Assembly: GCF_001194135.2 (NCBI RefSeq)
Contig: NC_069001.1
Coordinates: 22,725,531-22,769,158 of the forward strand
Direction: 5' to 3'
DNA from: Octopus bimaculoides
Taxonomy: Eukaryota
Length of the DNA: 43,628 nucleotides
Shown here: one piece after another, positions 1 to 10,917 of the stretch
Layout of the letters: the number at the start of each line of letters is the position of its first letter
Position numbering within the stretch: position 1 is the stretch's first letter
Made by a program: the position numbers and the translations under genes
Notes under the pieces: generated by a model
Databases searched by the model: none
What the model was told of the DNA's origin: nothing
What the model saw: only the letters and a program-made list of their open reading frames with translations

Positions 1-147
1 TACAACTTTCTTATTATCCAAATGATATATTTCAAAAGTAAAAATATATGGAATAATGATAAATGCGATCAAACTACCATTCTCACCCATTTCAGCTGCA
101 CTTTCTCAACAAAATTAGGAAGTAGGTTTTGAGCGCTATATATATAT

Positions 148-261
148 AAAATGCCAACAGGATAACAGTAAACCTACTTTTGGGCCATCCTGTATATATA
201 TATACATATATATATACAGGATGGCCCAAAAGTAGGTTTACTGTTATCTCGTTGGCATTTT
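148..261. mobile_element. Head-to-head inverted pair of Tc1/mariner-type terminal sequences around a (TA)n spacer
   Basis: Arms 148-194 and 215-261 are reverse complements at 45/47 nt. The right arm begins TA-CAGGATGGCCCAAAAGT, typical of Tc1/mariner TIR starts at a TA target. Confidence 0.7.
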
Positions 262-473
262 AAATTTCTTTTAAAGCATTTTATAACATTTAAATTTCTA
301 TCTTACAATTAACTAAATTAGCATAGAATAATGGTTTCATATTTTTTTTATAATTAACATCTGAACTGTTAATATATGAATGCCAAAGAGTTGAATAACA
401 CATTTGCATAACAACTCACCAAAATGCATCATTGTAACATCTTTCTCTCTTCGCACACACACAAACGATGCCC

Positions 474-705
474 ACGGTCATATGGCGTAGTGGTTAAGAG
501 CGCGGGCTACTAACCCCAATATTCCAAGTTCAATTCCAGGCAGTGATCTGAATAATAATAATAATAATAACATCGAAAAATATCTTAGGAATGAGAACCA
601 AGGTTCGAAATTTCCTCAAGACACCTGATGAAGGCTGGAGAGTATATCAGCCGAAACGTTGTGTTAGGGTTAGGGGACAAATATCCGTCAAATGTAAATA
701 ATGTA
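474..705 (+). mobile_element. tRNA-headed SINE with (AAT)n linker and Penelope-like hammerhead tail
   Basis: Pol III A box TGGCGTAGTGG at 483-493, B box GTTCAATTCC at 528-537, (AAT)n at about 551-568, hammerhead core at 625-660. Confidence 0.8.
620..665 (+). ncRNA. Minimal type I hammerhead ribozyme motif (Penelope-type)
   Basis: Stem I GACAC(620-624)/GTGTT(661-665); core CTGATGA 625-631; stem II GGCTG(633-637)/CAGCC(648-652); GAAA 653-656; palindromic ACGT stem III; GUU cleavage triplet ending at 660. Confidence 0.7.
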
Positions 706-1252
706 AAAAATACTAGTTATATTATATAATCTTTTAGTTCATTTGTACGACCATCTTACTGAATAATTTTAAGTATTTGTCAAGAAGTTTGTACAGATTT
801 AATTGTTACCAACTATTTACCTAATTGAATTGTAATTTTGTTGGAAGCATTCGTCTTTACTGTTCGATGTCATTGTGTCGTTTATTTTATCTGACACCAT
901 GTGTACAATTAATGACAAGGCACACTAGCTCTGCATTAAAACAGTTTTGTTGTTAGTTGCCGTTTAACTTTGATATCCATGAAGCCTAAGCAAATTGTTT
1001 CACCTTGCCAATTTAAACCATAGTCGATGCAACCAATAACTTTCCAGCATTGGTGATACTTTAAATACAGCTTTCGCTGGTGACTTTAGTTTAGAATCAG
1101 ATCGTTCTGATTCACATAGTCACGACTTCTTCATACTGTTTCAAAATATAACATAGCATACATATAGTATAGAGATATGTTGTCGACTCGTAGTTTTCCT
1201 TCTTTGCCCAACGGCATTGAGTATTTATTATGTTCACTATATTATTTCTCCA

Positions 1253-1800
1253 GACATACTTGCCATATAATCAACCAGCACAACATCTTTACCTTGCTAG
1301 CTATTCCCTTTATTACCCAACTGGATTCAGTAAATACCAAGATCGACCAATAAGCAGTATTCATGCAGATGCTCGTGGCTCGTATTACGCGCCTTACGTC
1401 CATTCAACAGATCATGGAACCTCGCTTGTCGATGATCCTGTGTTGCAGATCCAACACATTTATCAAAAACCGACCACATTGCTCCTGCTGTCGCAGGGTT
1501 GGGTCGCAGGTACCGTATTACATTCAGTACTGTTATTATTTGCAGACGAATTCCTTTGAAATATTTGGGAATTACCGAAGTTATTTAACTGAATGCCAGA
1601 TATTTTCCTATGAATTCGTCTTCCCCACCGAGTTCTTCTTTGTTCTCAAATGTTGCATCAATTTCTGTATACACTGTCTCGTCCATTTCCTCGGCAGTGT
1701 AATAATGCCGCTATATTTTGAGGTCGTCATTGACACGCAGCAACAGTCAGATAGTGGCCACGTCATGTGTCACAGGAACGCATCCTATATTTGAAGTCTG
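1253..1800. other. CpG-retaining unique segment, possible exon(s) of unknown strand
   Basis: Visibly CpG-rich against a CpG-poor background. Overlapping + ORFs 1230-1559 and 1363-1794; + acceptor TATTATTTCTCCAG ends at 1252; short acidic - frame MDETVYTEIDATFENKEELGGEDEF. No recognisable homology. Confidence 0.3.
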
Positions 1801-2112
1801 TTTTAACGAGCTTGGTTGCGTTGAAGGATAAAGCTGGTTTCAGTTTAAAATGTACGTGTGCGTGTAGATAAAGGAAGAAACAGGTACCAGGAGGATAAAC
1901 TGCGACGACTAATTCAACCTGTTCAAAAGCATTAACACGGTAAAGCTGTAGGATACATCTTGAAATATGCTGTCAGCAAATGTACAATGGTTTCTAATGC
2001 AGTTGGTATATGATGTGTGCGGTGTAGTCGCTCGGATGTGTGGTCAAGTGGCTTCGTTCCATTTCATTATTTTTCCATTTTCCCATTCGTTTTTCTTTTT
2101 GTCCCTACTTAT

Positions 2113-2172
2113 GTTTGTCTGCCCTTGTGTCGTCCCTTCTATATTTAGCCCCTTGTGAGCAATAAAGAAAAA
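2113..2172 (+). mobile_element. Isolated 3' tail of SINE family B
   Basis: TTTGTCTGCCCTTGTGTCGTCCCTTCTATATTTAGCCCCTTGTGAGCAATAAAGAAA matches the tails of the copies at 31985 and 39525. Confidence 0.7.
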
Positions 2173-2254
2173 GATATATACAGTGTAGAATAGGAAAACA
2201 AATACGTAACATGACTTCTGCTGGAGGACAGGAACAAATGTACGTGTCAAAGGA

Positions 2255-2715
2255 TACCTGAGGCTGCCTGCGAAATAAACTTCCTCTCTGCCGAGATCCG
2301 AACTCGACCGCGCAACCTCACTACAGAAATGGCAGCTAAGATTTCATTATATAGGTGATGGTAGGCTCCCAGCGGTAGACATAAATTTCCCGCGCTCGGC
2401 TAGTGTGTTACGTGATGGGATGAGAGCCAGGAAGGTTAGATCGATATATAACCCACCACGAAAGCAGGTAATGTGACCACTTGTAGAAAACAGGCGTACA
2501 AGCCAATATTTAAGCCTAAACAGCCAAATTGTGAACAAACTTCTGCTACAATGTTTTAGTTCTGTGGTTGACAGAGCTCTGTATTTCGGTTGTTTTGAAC
2601 TGTTAACAAGGCGTGGCTTGTTGAATTTTAAATCCAAGGAAAGGTGCAATACTGACTGCAAGTTAACAAAGTTCAACTGCAAATATGCGAAAATGGCAAC
2701 CATTGTAGCTGAAAG
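2255..2715. promoter_or_regulatory. Probable (possibly bidirectional) CpG-rich promoter
   Basis: Dense CpG at 2270-2470; YY1-like AAATGGC motifs at about 2327 and 2691; ETS-like ACTTCC at about 2279; DRE-like ATCGAT at about 2441; possible - strand donor CAG|GTATCC near 2257. Confidence 0.45.
2693..2714 (+). CDS. Candidate first coding exon (MATIVAE)
   Basis: AAAATGG start context; weak GTAAAT donor; phase-compatible with 2870-2886. Confidence 0.25.
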
Positions 2716-2869
2716 TAAATATCTGACTAAAGTCACCATAATTGTGGTGGAATGTTTCAACGCATGGTAGCAAATATTATACAATGCCTCATTACTGATG
2801 TTGAAAGTCTATCTGTGCTTGCCACGACTTGGTGTCTTGATAATGGGACATTATATGGTTCCATTTCAG

Positions 2870-2886
2870 TATTAGATGCTGCAAGA
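2870..2886 (+). CDS. Candidate 17-nt microexon (ILDAAR)
   Basis: CCATTTCAG acceptor and GTAAAC donor; phase 1 to 0 links the two neighbouring candidates. Confidence 0.2.
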
Positions 2887-3407
2887 GTAAACAACCCTAT
2901 GGTTTAGATGAAAAACTTATTGCTGTTAATTATGTCCTATCGAAGAAATAACGACACGTCATAATTTCAAGATTTCTGAACTAAATTGCGATGTAAGTCT
3001 ACAAATTATTTCTTAACAGGCATTTATAGGGATGAAAGTTTGAACAAAATCCGTTTCGAATTACAAAAATTTTAAATATTAATGAGTCACGCAGCTTACA
3101 AAACATATAATTTTACGTTTAGCGTTGCTACTCAGTGGTAGTGGTTAAATCGGAGAGAAAATCTGTTTAATTATTTTGTGCATATAGACTTAAAATGCAT
3201 GTTAATAGTTATTTTGGAAGTCAATTATTTTCATAATTAAGTTATACTAGTAATATTTCTCGTTAAGTGGGCAGTGAATCGCACGAAAGATGGATAAAAT
3301 TAGAGAAAATCAGCGTAATTAATTTCATATATCTGAGCAAGTGGAGTAGAGAGACGTAATTATAATTTCAAATTTCAATCGACGCTAACTCATTTTCTAT
3401 ACTGTAG

Positions 3408-3449
3408 CTAATGGAAAACAGCGGTGTAATTAAATTCGAAATACCTGAA
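3408..3449 (+). CDS. Candidate 42-nt exon (LMENSGVIKFEIPE), unknown protein
   Basis: CTAAC branch point at 3385-3389, pyrimidine tract, TAG acceptor, GTAAGG donor; only one reading frame is open. Confidence 0.5.
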
Positions 3450-3966
3450 GTAAGGAAACAATTTTTAAATTATTATTTAAACAAGGAAGACTTGAAAATA
3501 AGTAATTTGTGGCGTGATGAAACGAAGCGAAAGCCTTGTCTTCCTTTTTGCATTATTGTTTCACATATTCTTATATTACTTTTATTGAATAAATCTTCCG
3601 ATCATTACGAGCAGTAGCAGCAGGTTGTGCATTTCATTGTATTTATATAGTTCTTTAGGAATTGTGTGTTAGTTAAGCTTTTGCCTATATTTACGAAAAT
3701 GTAATATTGTGTAAATTAATTCATGTTAAAACTAATTAAAATTGGAATATACTTCACAAAATTATATCACTTATACACAAGCTGAGTAAAAACAAAATGC
3801 AACGCTCCAAGAATTTCTGAAATATGCCATCGTTCTCTGCTGTCGCCAATACACAAAATTAATTACACCCGTCATGTTATGCCACTTTCTTCCATTTTTA
3901 CCAAAACAGAAAATAAAAATGTTGCGGCACATAGATACATTCCAGTTTGCAATATGTGGCGAATTA

Positions 3967-4310
3967 AGGTGGCAAGCTAGCAGAACCGTTAGCACGGCGG
4001 GCAAAATGCTTAGCAGCATTTCGTCCGTCCTCACGTTCTGAGTTCAAATTCTGCGTAGGCCAACTTTGCCTTTCATCGTCGATAAAATAAGTATCAGTTG
4101 ATCACTGATGCCCATGTAATTGACTTAACCTCGACCCCAAAATTGCTTGCGCCAAAATTTGAAACCAATATAAGCAGCGAAGTGGTAGTCGTTAGAACAT
4201 GCCTCGCGATATTTGTTCTGGTTCTGAATTCAATGAGTTCAAATCTCGCCGAAATCATTTTGCTTTTCATCCTTTTGAGATTGATTGATAAATTAACTAT
4301 CCAGTGATGG
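3967..4310 (+). mobile_element. Two adjacent degenerate SINE family B copies (tRNA head plus Meta-domain-like block)
   Basis: GTTCTGAGTTCAAATTC B-box-like motif and CTTTGCCTTTCATC..GATAAAATAAGTA block; partial second copy from about 4170. Confidence 0.75.
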
Positions 4311-4639
4311 GATCGATACGCCTTCTCTCTTTCGAGAAAAAATATGTTATGGTCAGAACTGTAGAAAGACGAGTTCCCCCACCCCAGGTTTAGATATCTA
4401 CAACATGCAATATTTCGCGATAGTGCGCCTTACGAATCCATTGAGAGAGTGTAGAACAGTTCAAATATGCCAGGATTGACAAAGGATAGTCAAGTCATCT
4501 ACGAACGAGTATGGCTTGGTAACATATACCATGCTTTCGCTAATTGTTTTAGGTGCCTGTGTAGTCACAAGCAGACATAAACACCTTTTCGATTCCCTCA
4601 TCCTTTGATTCGGTTGCTCATCCAGGGTGTGACAATTGG

Positions 4640-4795
4640 AACAGAAGAAAGCTACACCTGGTACGAATTTCATTTGAATAAACTGGGGCAATGGGAAATG
4701 AAGTGTTATGCTAAAGGACACAACGCACCGTCTGGTCTAGAAACTGAACCCACGACATTATGATCGTCAATTGAACACCCTACGAACCAGCATGT
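4640..4795 (-). mobile_element. Degenerate tRNA-derived SINE (family D)
   Basis: The reverse strand reads as a tRNA-like head followed by GTTGTGTCCTTTAGCATAACACTT, a CORE-like block also seen in the copy at 10918. Confidence 0.55.
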
Positions 4796-4849
4796 CCAAT
4801 GCCGGAACCAGCACAGTAACCGTGTAGTGGTCAATATAATCAAAAGAGG

Positions 4850-6698
4850 TTCAGATGATCACCTACACTGGCCCGACCCACCAAGTTTTCTACAACCCAT
4901 CTTCGCCCCTGATAATGTCTAGAGGGCAATTGCTTCTTTTCCAGCGGGTTCTGGTGCTGGGCTAGATGGCTTACAACCTCAGCATCTCACTATCTCTGTC
5001 AGCTCGTGATACTGGGCTCAAACTCTTGGAGAACCTAACACAGTACATAAACTTGTTCTCATCCTAGAGTGTCCTTGCCTACATTTGTCCCATCAAATTA
5101 TTTGATCCACTTGGTCCTGCCCTATTCGTATTGGGTATTGATGATGTTAACAAGATGGAAGCTGACCTAGACCTAAATGCCTGGTGCCTTGATGATGCTT
5201 GTTTAGGAGGCCCTCCTGACAAGGTGCTTGCAGCTGCAAGGACAATGATTGAGGAACTTAGTCGTAGAGATCTTAGCATTAACATCTCCTAATGCAAACA
5301 CTGGCTCCTCAACCATCCAGCTTTGCATGAGCAGACTACTAAACTATTTGTTGACTCTCTCCACTCAATCACGATTCCTCCTTCATCAGCATGATGCTCC
5401 CTTGGATCCCCAATTACTGACCTAGCTTTGGAGTCCAACCTTAGATCCAAAATGGCTAACCTCAAACAACTTTTTTTAATAAACCTTGAAGTAACTGAGC
5501 CCCACCTAGGTTTTTTATACTTAGAAATTACTTGTCGATTCCTAAGCTATTGTATTTTTCTGAGAGTTAGTCCTTCTTACAGGTTCCTGTCGTCTCTTCA
5601 ATACTGTGACAACCTAATCTTCCGGATACTCGATTGCTTAGTCAAACTCTCCCCAGACTCCCGTGACCACGCTGCTTGATCAAAATGGTTTGGGGACCTA
5701 GGTCTGCGCAAGTACTCATCTTCATCTCTTTCCTGTTTTCTTTCCTCCATCTACGCTTGCTCCCCTTTGGGAGGCAACATCCTCTCCTCTTGAACATGGT
5801 CTAATTCCAACAGGGAGAAACTCTATCTCAATGGAGAGAGCTGGGTTTGTCAATTCTGGTTACAGTGGAGGATAAACGGAAACAGAGAGTATGGAGCAAT
5901 CTGTGTTCAGGTGCCACTTTCAACTCTATCCTTGATCAATCTGATCAATTTTCAAAGTGTCACCTACTTTCAGCTAGTGCAAAATTCTCGGGGGACTGGA
6001 TTGACGCCCTGCCTGTAGGTCAACATTGGAGGTCTACTCAGTCTAGATGAACTCCACATTTCCATCACACTCAGTGAGAGCTGATGTCTGTAAAGGGCTG
6101 AGATGCCGCTATGGTAAGACCTTTGACCCCACAAGACATCATGGTCTGTCTTGCTGCCTAAATGCTGGTCACTTGGCTCATCACACTGAGCTAAATTTAA
6201 TCATTAAGCGGGCCCTGGCTCAGATTAATATCCCCTCAGTTCTGAAGTTGTCAGGGTTATCCAGAAGTGATGGAAAGAGACCAGATGGTCTTACTCTCTG
6301 TCCCTGGGTTACAGGTCAGTGCCTCATTTGAGATGCAACAGTCTGTGACTCCTTTGCTCCCTCCCACATCCTAGATGCTGCAGTTAATAGGACGGTCACT
6401 GCTTCCATAGCCGAATGGAAGAAAACCCTGAAGTAACGAGACCCGACAGTGAACTATCTCTTCCAACCTGTGACATTTGAGATGTTCGGGGAGACTGGGT
6501 CACATACCATGAAGTTCTTGTCAACGCTGGCAGCTTGCCTCACCAAGGTGTCAGGTGATGTCCATGAGGGCACTTGGCTTTTCCAACATCTTAGCCTCAT
6601 CATCATCGCCTATGGTAATTTTGCAAGCATGCTGACTTGCTTCAGTAGGTTCAGTTAAACCTTGTGGTGTATGACCAGTTGCTGTGATGAAAAAAAAA
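4850..6698 (+). mobile_element. Decayed CRE-like non-LTR retrotransposon (RT plus restriction-like endonuclease)
   Basis: RAIASFPAGSGAGLDGLQPQHL (about 4922); DPLGPALF..DLNAWCLDDACLGGP (RT YLDD box, about 5105-5215); zinc knuckle CRYG..HHGLSC; RLE motif GKRPDGLTLCPW..GQCLI*DATV; YLFQPVTFEMFG; poly-A at about 6690. Many stops and frameshifts. Confidence 0.9.
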
Positions 6699-6969
6699 TT
6701 CCCCACAAATGGTTTCAGTATAGTTTTAACAGTAAGATCTGGAAGAGTTAGATGAAAGTCCTCCAGGAATTTTCTTTCAATTAAGTAAATGTTTGTAAAT
6801 TTGAAAATAATTTGCCAGCAAAATCTTTTATAAATGATAATTTATAAAAGATGCACTTGTTTATATGTTATATAGGGAAATAAAAACCTGTATATTTCTG
6901 ATAATTAATCTAGCTAAAGCGGATAAAGATTTAATAAAGGAACATAAAAACTAAAGAGCATAAACAACT

Positions 6970-6970
<1 letters not shown>

Positions 6971-7021
<51 letters not shown>

Positions 7022-7053
7022 GCTCTCGCTCTCTCTCTCTGTCTGTCTGTCTG
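6971..7053. repeat. (CT)n/(CTGT)n microsatellite
   Basis: Read directly from the sequence. Confidence 0.95.
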
Positions 7054-7721
7054 TAGTAGAGCAAAACTTCAAAGCCGTTGTCATCACTATTCTTATAATT
7101 CTAACACAGACACACTCACATGCTTGTAAGCATATTGATTTCGATTAAGTGGATTTCTTGAAGTATCTCACTTATATTCCTGTTTCTATATATTAGACAC
7201 ATTTTCTTATTTGACACTTAATAATCTCAAATATATATATTACATGTTTCAGTCCTTAACATATTTATATTACTGATGTGTGTGTGCATTTATGATTAGT
7301 GCCCAAGAACGTCTTTGATATATATACATATGTGTATATATAAGAGCATATATATGTACTCCTATAAATACCAGAGAAATGTTAGCACAGAGAGCACAAT
7401 TTGAGACGTAAGATTAACGGTATGTGAACAAACTGTTGGAGCATACAAACAATGATCAAGTGTGTTTCCAGTCTATTAGCTAGCACTGCTTGAGGAATAT
7501 CTATTGACACGAATACGTAAATTTGAATAACGGAGAACAACAACTTAGAAATATGATCGACACGTTATTTATTCCAAGAACTGAGTGTTGTTTACTTTTT
7601 AGTAATGTAATGAAATCTCATATGCAAAGATATTACTATATATATAGTGTGTATACATGCATACAAATGTATGTCTATGTGTGCATATGCATGCATGTAT
7701 GTATGCATATATATGTATACA

Positions 7722-7775
<54 letters not shown>

Positions 7776-7911
7776 NNNNNNNNNNNNNNNNNNNNNNNNN
7801 NNNNNNNNNNNNNNNNNNNNNNNNNNNNNNNNNNNNNNNNNNNNNNNNNNNNNNNNNNNNNNNNNNNNNNNNNNNNNNNNNNNNNNNNNNNNNNNNNNNN
7901 NNNNNNNNNNN

Positions 7912-8258
7912 GTTAACCAGCGTCGCCTTACTGGCATTTGTGCCAGTAGCACATGAAAAAACCATTTGAGTGAGATCGTTTCCAGTGCTGCTGGACTGGC
8001 TTCTGTGCAAGTGGCACATAAAAAACACCATTCTGAGCATGGCTGTTGCCAGTACTGCCTGACTGGCCCTCGTGCCGGTGGCACGTAAAAGCACCCACTA
8101 CACTCTCAGAGTGGTTGGCGTTAGGAAGGGCATCCAGCCGTAGAAACTCTGCCAGATCAGATTGGAGCCTGGTGCAGCCATCTGGTTCGCCAGTCCTTAG
8201 TCAAATCGTCCAACCCAAGCTAGTATCGAAAGCGGATGTTAAACGGTGATGATGATGA
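7912..8258 (+). mobile_element. RTE LINE 3'UTR fragment with hairpin array and (GAT)n tail
   Basis: Closely matches 14620-14964; its 5' side is lost in an N-gap. Confidence 0.9.
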
Positions 8259-8385
8259 TAAAAGGTGTTTTAACTATTAGGCAAAATAAGCGCATCAAGA
8301 GAAGTGGAGATGCCACAGAAATGGTAAACGGTTTACAGCACAAAAGAAATCACTTTAAACTTGCCAAAATAATATTCAAGATACC

Positions 8386-8475
8386 TTATATCTACTAAGC
8401 ATCGAAACAAATGTATTATGTAAGATTAATTTTGAGGATCTGATCAATGACTTTGCAGTTGGATTAGTAGTATAA
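8386..8475 (+). mobile_element. hAT transposase C-terminal dimerisation-domain remnant
   Basis: LYLLSIETNVLCKINFEDLINDFA resembles the hAT/ZMYM1-like LxLLSIExDxxxKxDFEDxIxDFA motif. Confidence 0.5.
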
Positions 8476-9720
8476 AACTTTTCAAATATAGGAGTGGATG
8501 GGGCACAATGACTAATATTTACTGTATTTTTTTACTTTGACAAGAAAGAGAAATTTTTGTTTAATGTTCACTACCTTCTATATTTTATTCTGAGCTCTAT
8601 TTCAGAAAATTATATCCATACTTTTTGTGCATTCAGAAGACAAATTAATGTGCAGCAGAATGAGTAAGATGAGATAAAATAGATTTGCCTCTTTAGTTTT
8701 GTATGATAACATTTGAAAAGCAATTCATACACATCACTATCCATCTGGAAAGATCAGAAATACAAAAACATTTTTAAATATTTAGGGAAAATGGAAGCTA
8801 AAATGACACACAATATCATTCACCCACTGCAACAGGTAAATATATTCTTAAGATCAACTTTTAGCTATTCATGGCAACTTCTAGGCTCCATTACTAATTC
8901 AGTTCTGAACTAGATTGAATGCAATGTTTTCGCAATGATGGTCCAGTCATTGACTACACTCTGGGATAAGATAATTGATATTTGGTTCATTAAAAAAAAT
9001 GTTAGGTCAAACATGGGAGAGTAAGGCCAAAAATTGACTTTGAATCAAATACCTAGGTTATTTTAAAAGAAAAATATATATTAATTAGGCTTAAAAGAAT
9101 GTGTTCATTGAGGAAAATCTTTTGGTGAAAACTTTCTTAAAAAATATTAGCAACGAAAAAAGTAGCCTGGCCTTATGTGATGAGAAAAATGGTAAATAAT
9201 CCCAAAATTAAAATGAATCAAAATGTTTCAGCTGGTTAATATTGAGTTTAAAATTTCTTTGTATCAAGCTAAAACATTTGTTTTGTTTTTAGTATTATAC
9301 TCCTTTTTAATTTTATTTTAACAAAACTCATTATCCAAAAATTTTAAATCACAGGTATTATGTTATTAAAAAAAACTCGTGTAGAATATATGTTATTCAA
9401 AAGAGTAAAAGATAGTTAAAAAAAGCTTTTTTTAAAGTGACAAAAGAATTAATTTCTTTGAAGTTTGTATTTTCTGATAACAAAGTATTTTCTATTTACA
9501 GTTAGAAAAATATTTTAAAAGAATAAAAACTAATGAACAAATTGAGTAGAAATGAATTTCTAGCTTATTAAAAAAAAAGACACTTAGGTGTTATGACTGT
9601 CAAATTTTCTTAAATTGCTATTATGTGATTTTTTTTTTTAGATATATAAATTAGTAATTTCAAATTTTAATGTGTAAACTTGCAGGCAATTAGTCATTTC
9701 ACTAAAATTGAAAATAAATA

Positions 9721-9949
9721 CCTTACTCTTTACTTTACTTGTTTCAGTCATTTGACTGTGACCATGCTGGTGGAGCACCACCTTTAGTCAAGCAAATCAA
9801 CCCCAGGACTTATTCTTTGTAAGCCTAGTACTTATTCTATCGGTTTCTTTTGCCGAACCGCTAAGTTACGGGGACGTAAACACACCACCATCGGTTGTCA
9901 AGCAATGTTGGGAGGACAGACATAGACACACAAACATATACACACACAT

Positions 9950-10026
<77 letters not shown>

Positions 10027-10187
10027 ACGGGCTTCTTTCAGTTTCCATCTACCAAATCCACTCACAAGGCTTTGGTTGGCCCGAGGTTATAGTAGAAAAC
10101 ACTTGCCCAAGGTGCCACACAGTAGGACTGAACCTGGAACCATGTGGTTCGTAAGCAAGCTACTTACCACACAGACACTCCTATGCC
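9721..10187 (-). mobile_element. SINE family A, full length (tRNA head, CORE-like GGCACCTTGGGCAAG block, internal microsatellite, GACTGAAACAAGTAAA tail)
   Basis: Collinear with the copies at 31471 and 37119. Confidence 0.9.
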
Positions 10188-10917
10188 TTCTTGAGTATTT
10201 TAATTTAAACTTTTAAGTAAAAATAAAAGTAACATAAAAAGGCATTCATAATGATTTTAATGCTTAAACACTAACTTAAGCAATATTTTAAGTTTTCTTT
10301 TTTTATCTTGTACTTTTCTGGACTTAGTTGCTATTTGTTCCGTACTTTTCCAGGTTCAATACTTGAGAATATTCTTGGATTCTGTGCCTGCATATTCATT
10401 CTAGTGAAATTAGCGAAACTGAACTAAACCTAAAAACTCAACATAGAATATTCTCTAAAGCTTCTTCACCGTCTGCTAGAACGGCTCTCTTCTTGATATA
10501 TTTACACACCATGTAGTTAAAGAGAAGAAATTATTGAAATTAGTCATTACTCATTTTATCTCACTCTAGACACCATTCTTTGAAAATTGGAAATAATCAA
10601 ATTAAACATTTGTGTGGGGAAAAATTGACTTGGAATCCAACAGAGAAAAGAACACCAAAGATTTTCCAGATATTTCATTAGCAACCTCAAGTACAATTGG
10701 GTTGAATTTGAGTAAAAATTTCTTGGAGAAAAAAAGGTACCTGTCACCTGACCATGTTTCAAACTCTTTCAACTTAAACAACAACAACAACTATACTGAC
10801 TAAGTTTTACTCCGAAAGGTCATGCAGCAGTACTAAACATGTGTATATGTTGTGCAACAACAAAGTTATCATCTGACTCTCCATGAATTTGCCAAAGAAG
10901 CAAGTCTCTGTAAACTG

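Noticed and set aside
474-545. Functional tRNA gene (ACT anticodon loop)
   Set aside because: No proper acceptor stem, and it continues into a SINE body.
3408-9549. Likeness of LMENSGVIKFEIPE(L) to the RASSF SARAH-entry motif or the FOP/CEP20 N-terminus
   Set aside because: Too short, spacing differs, and no RA domain or LisH continuation was found, so no gene symbol is assigned.
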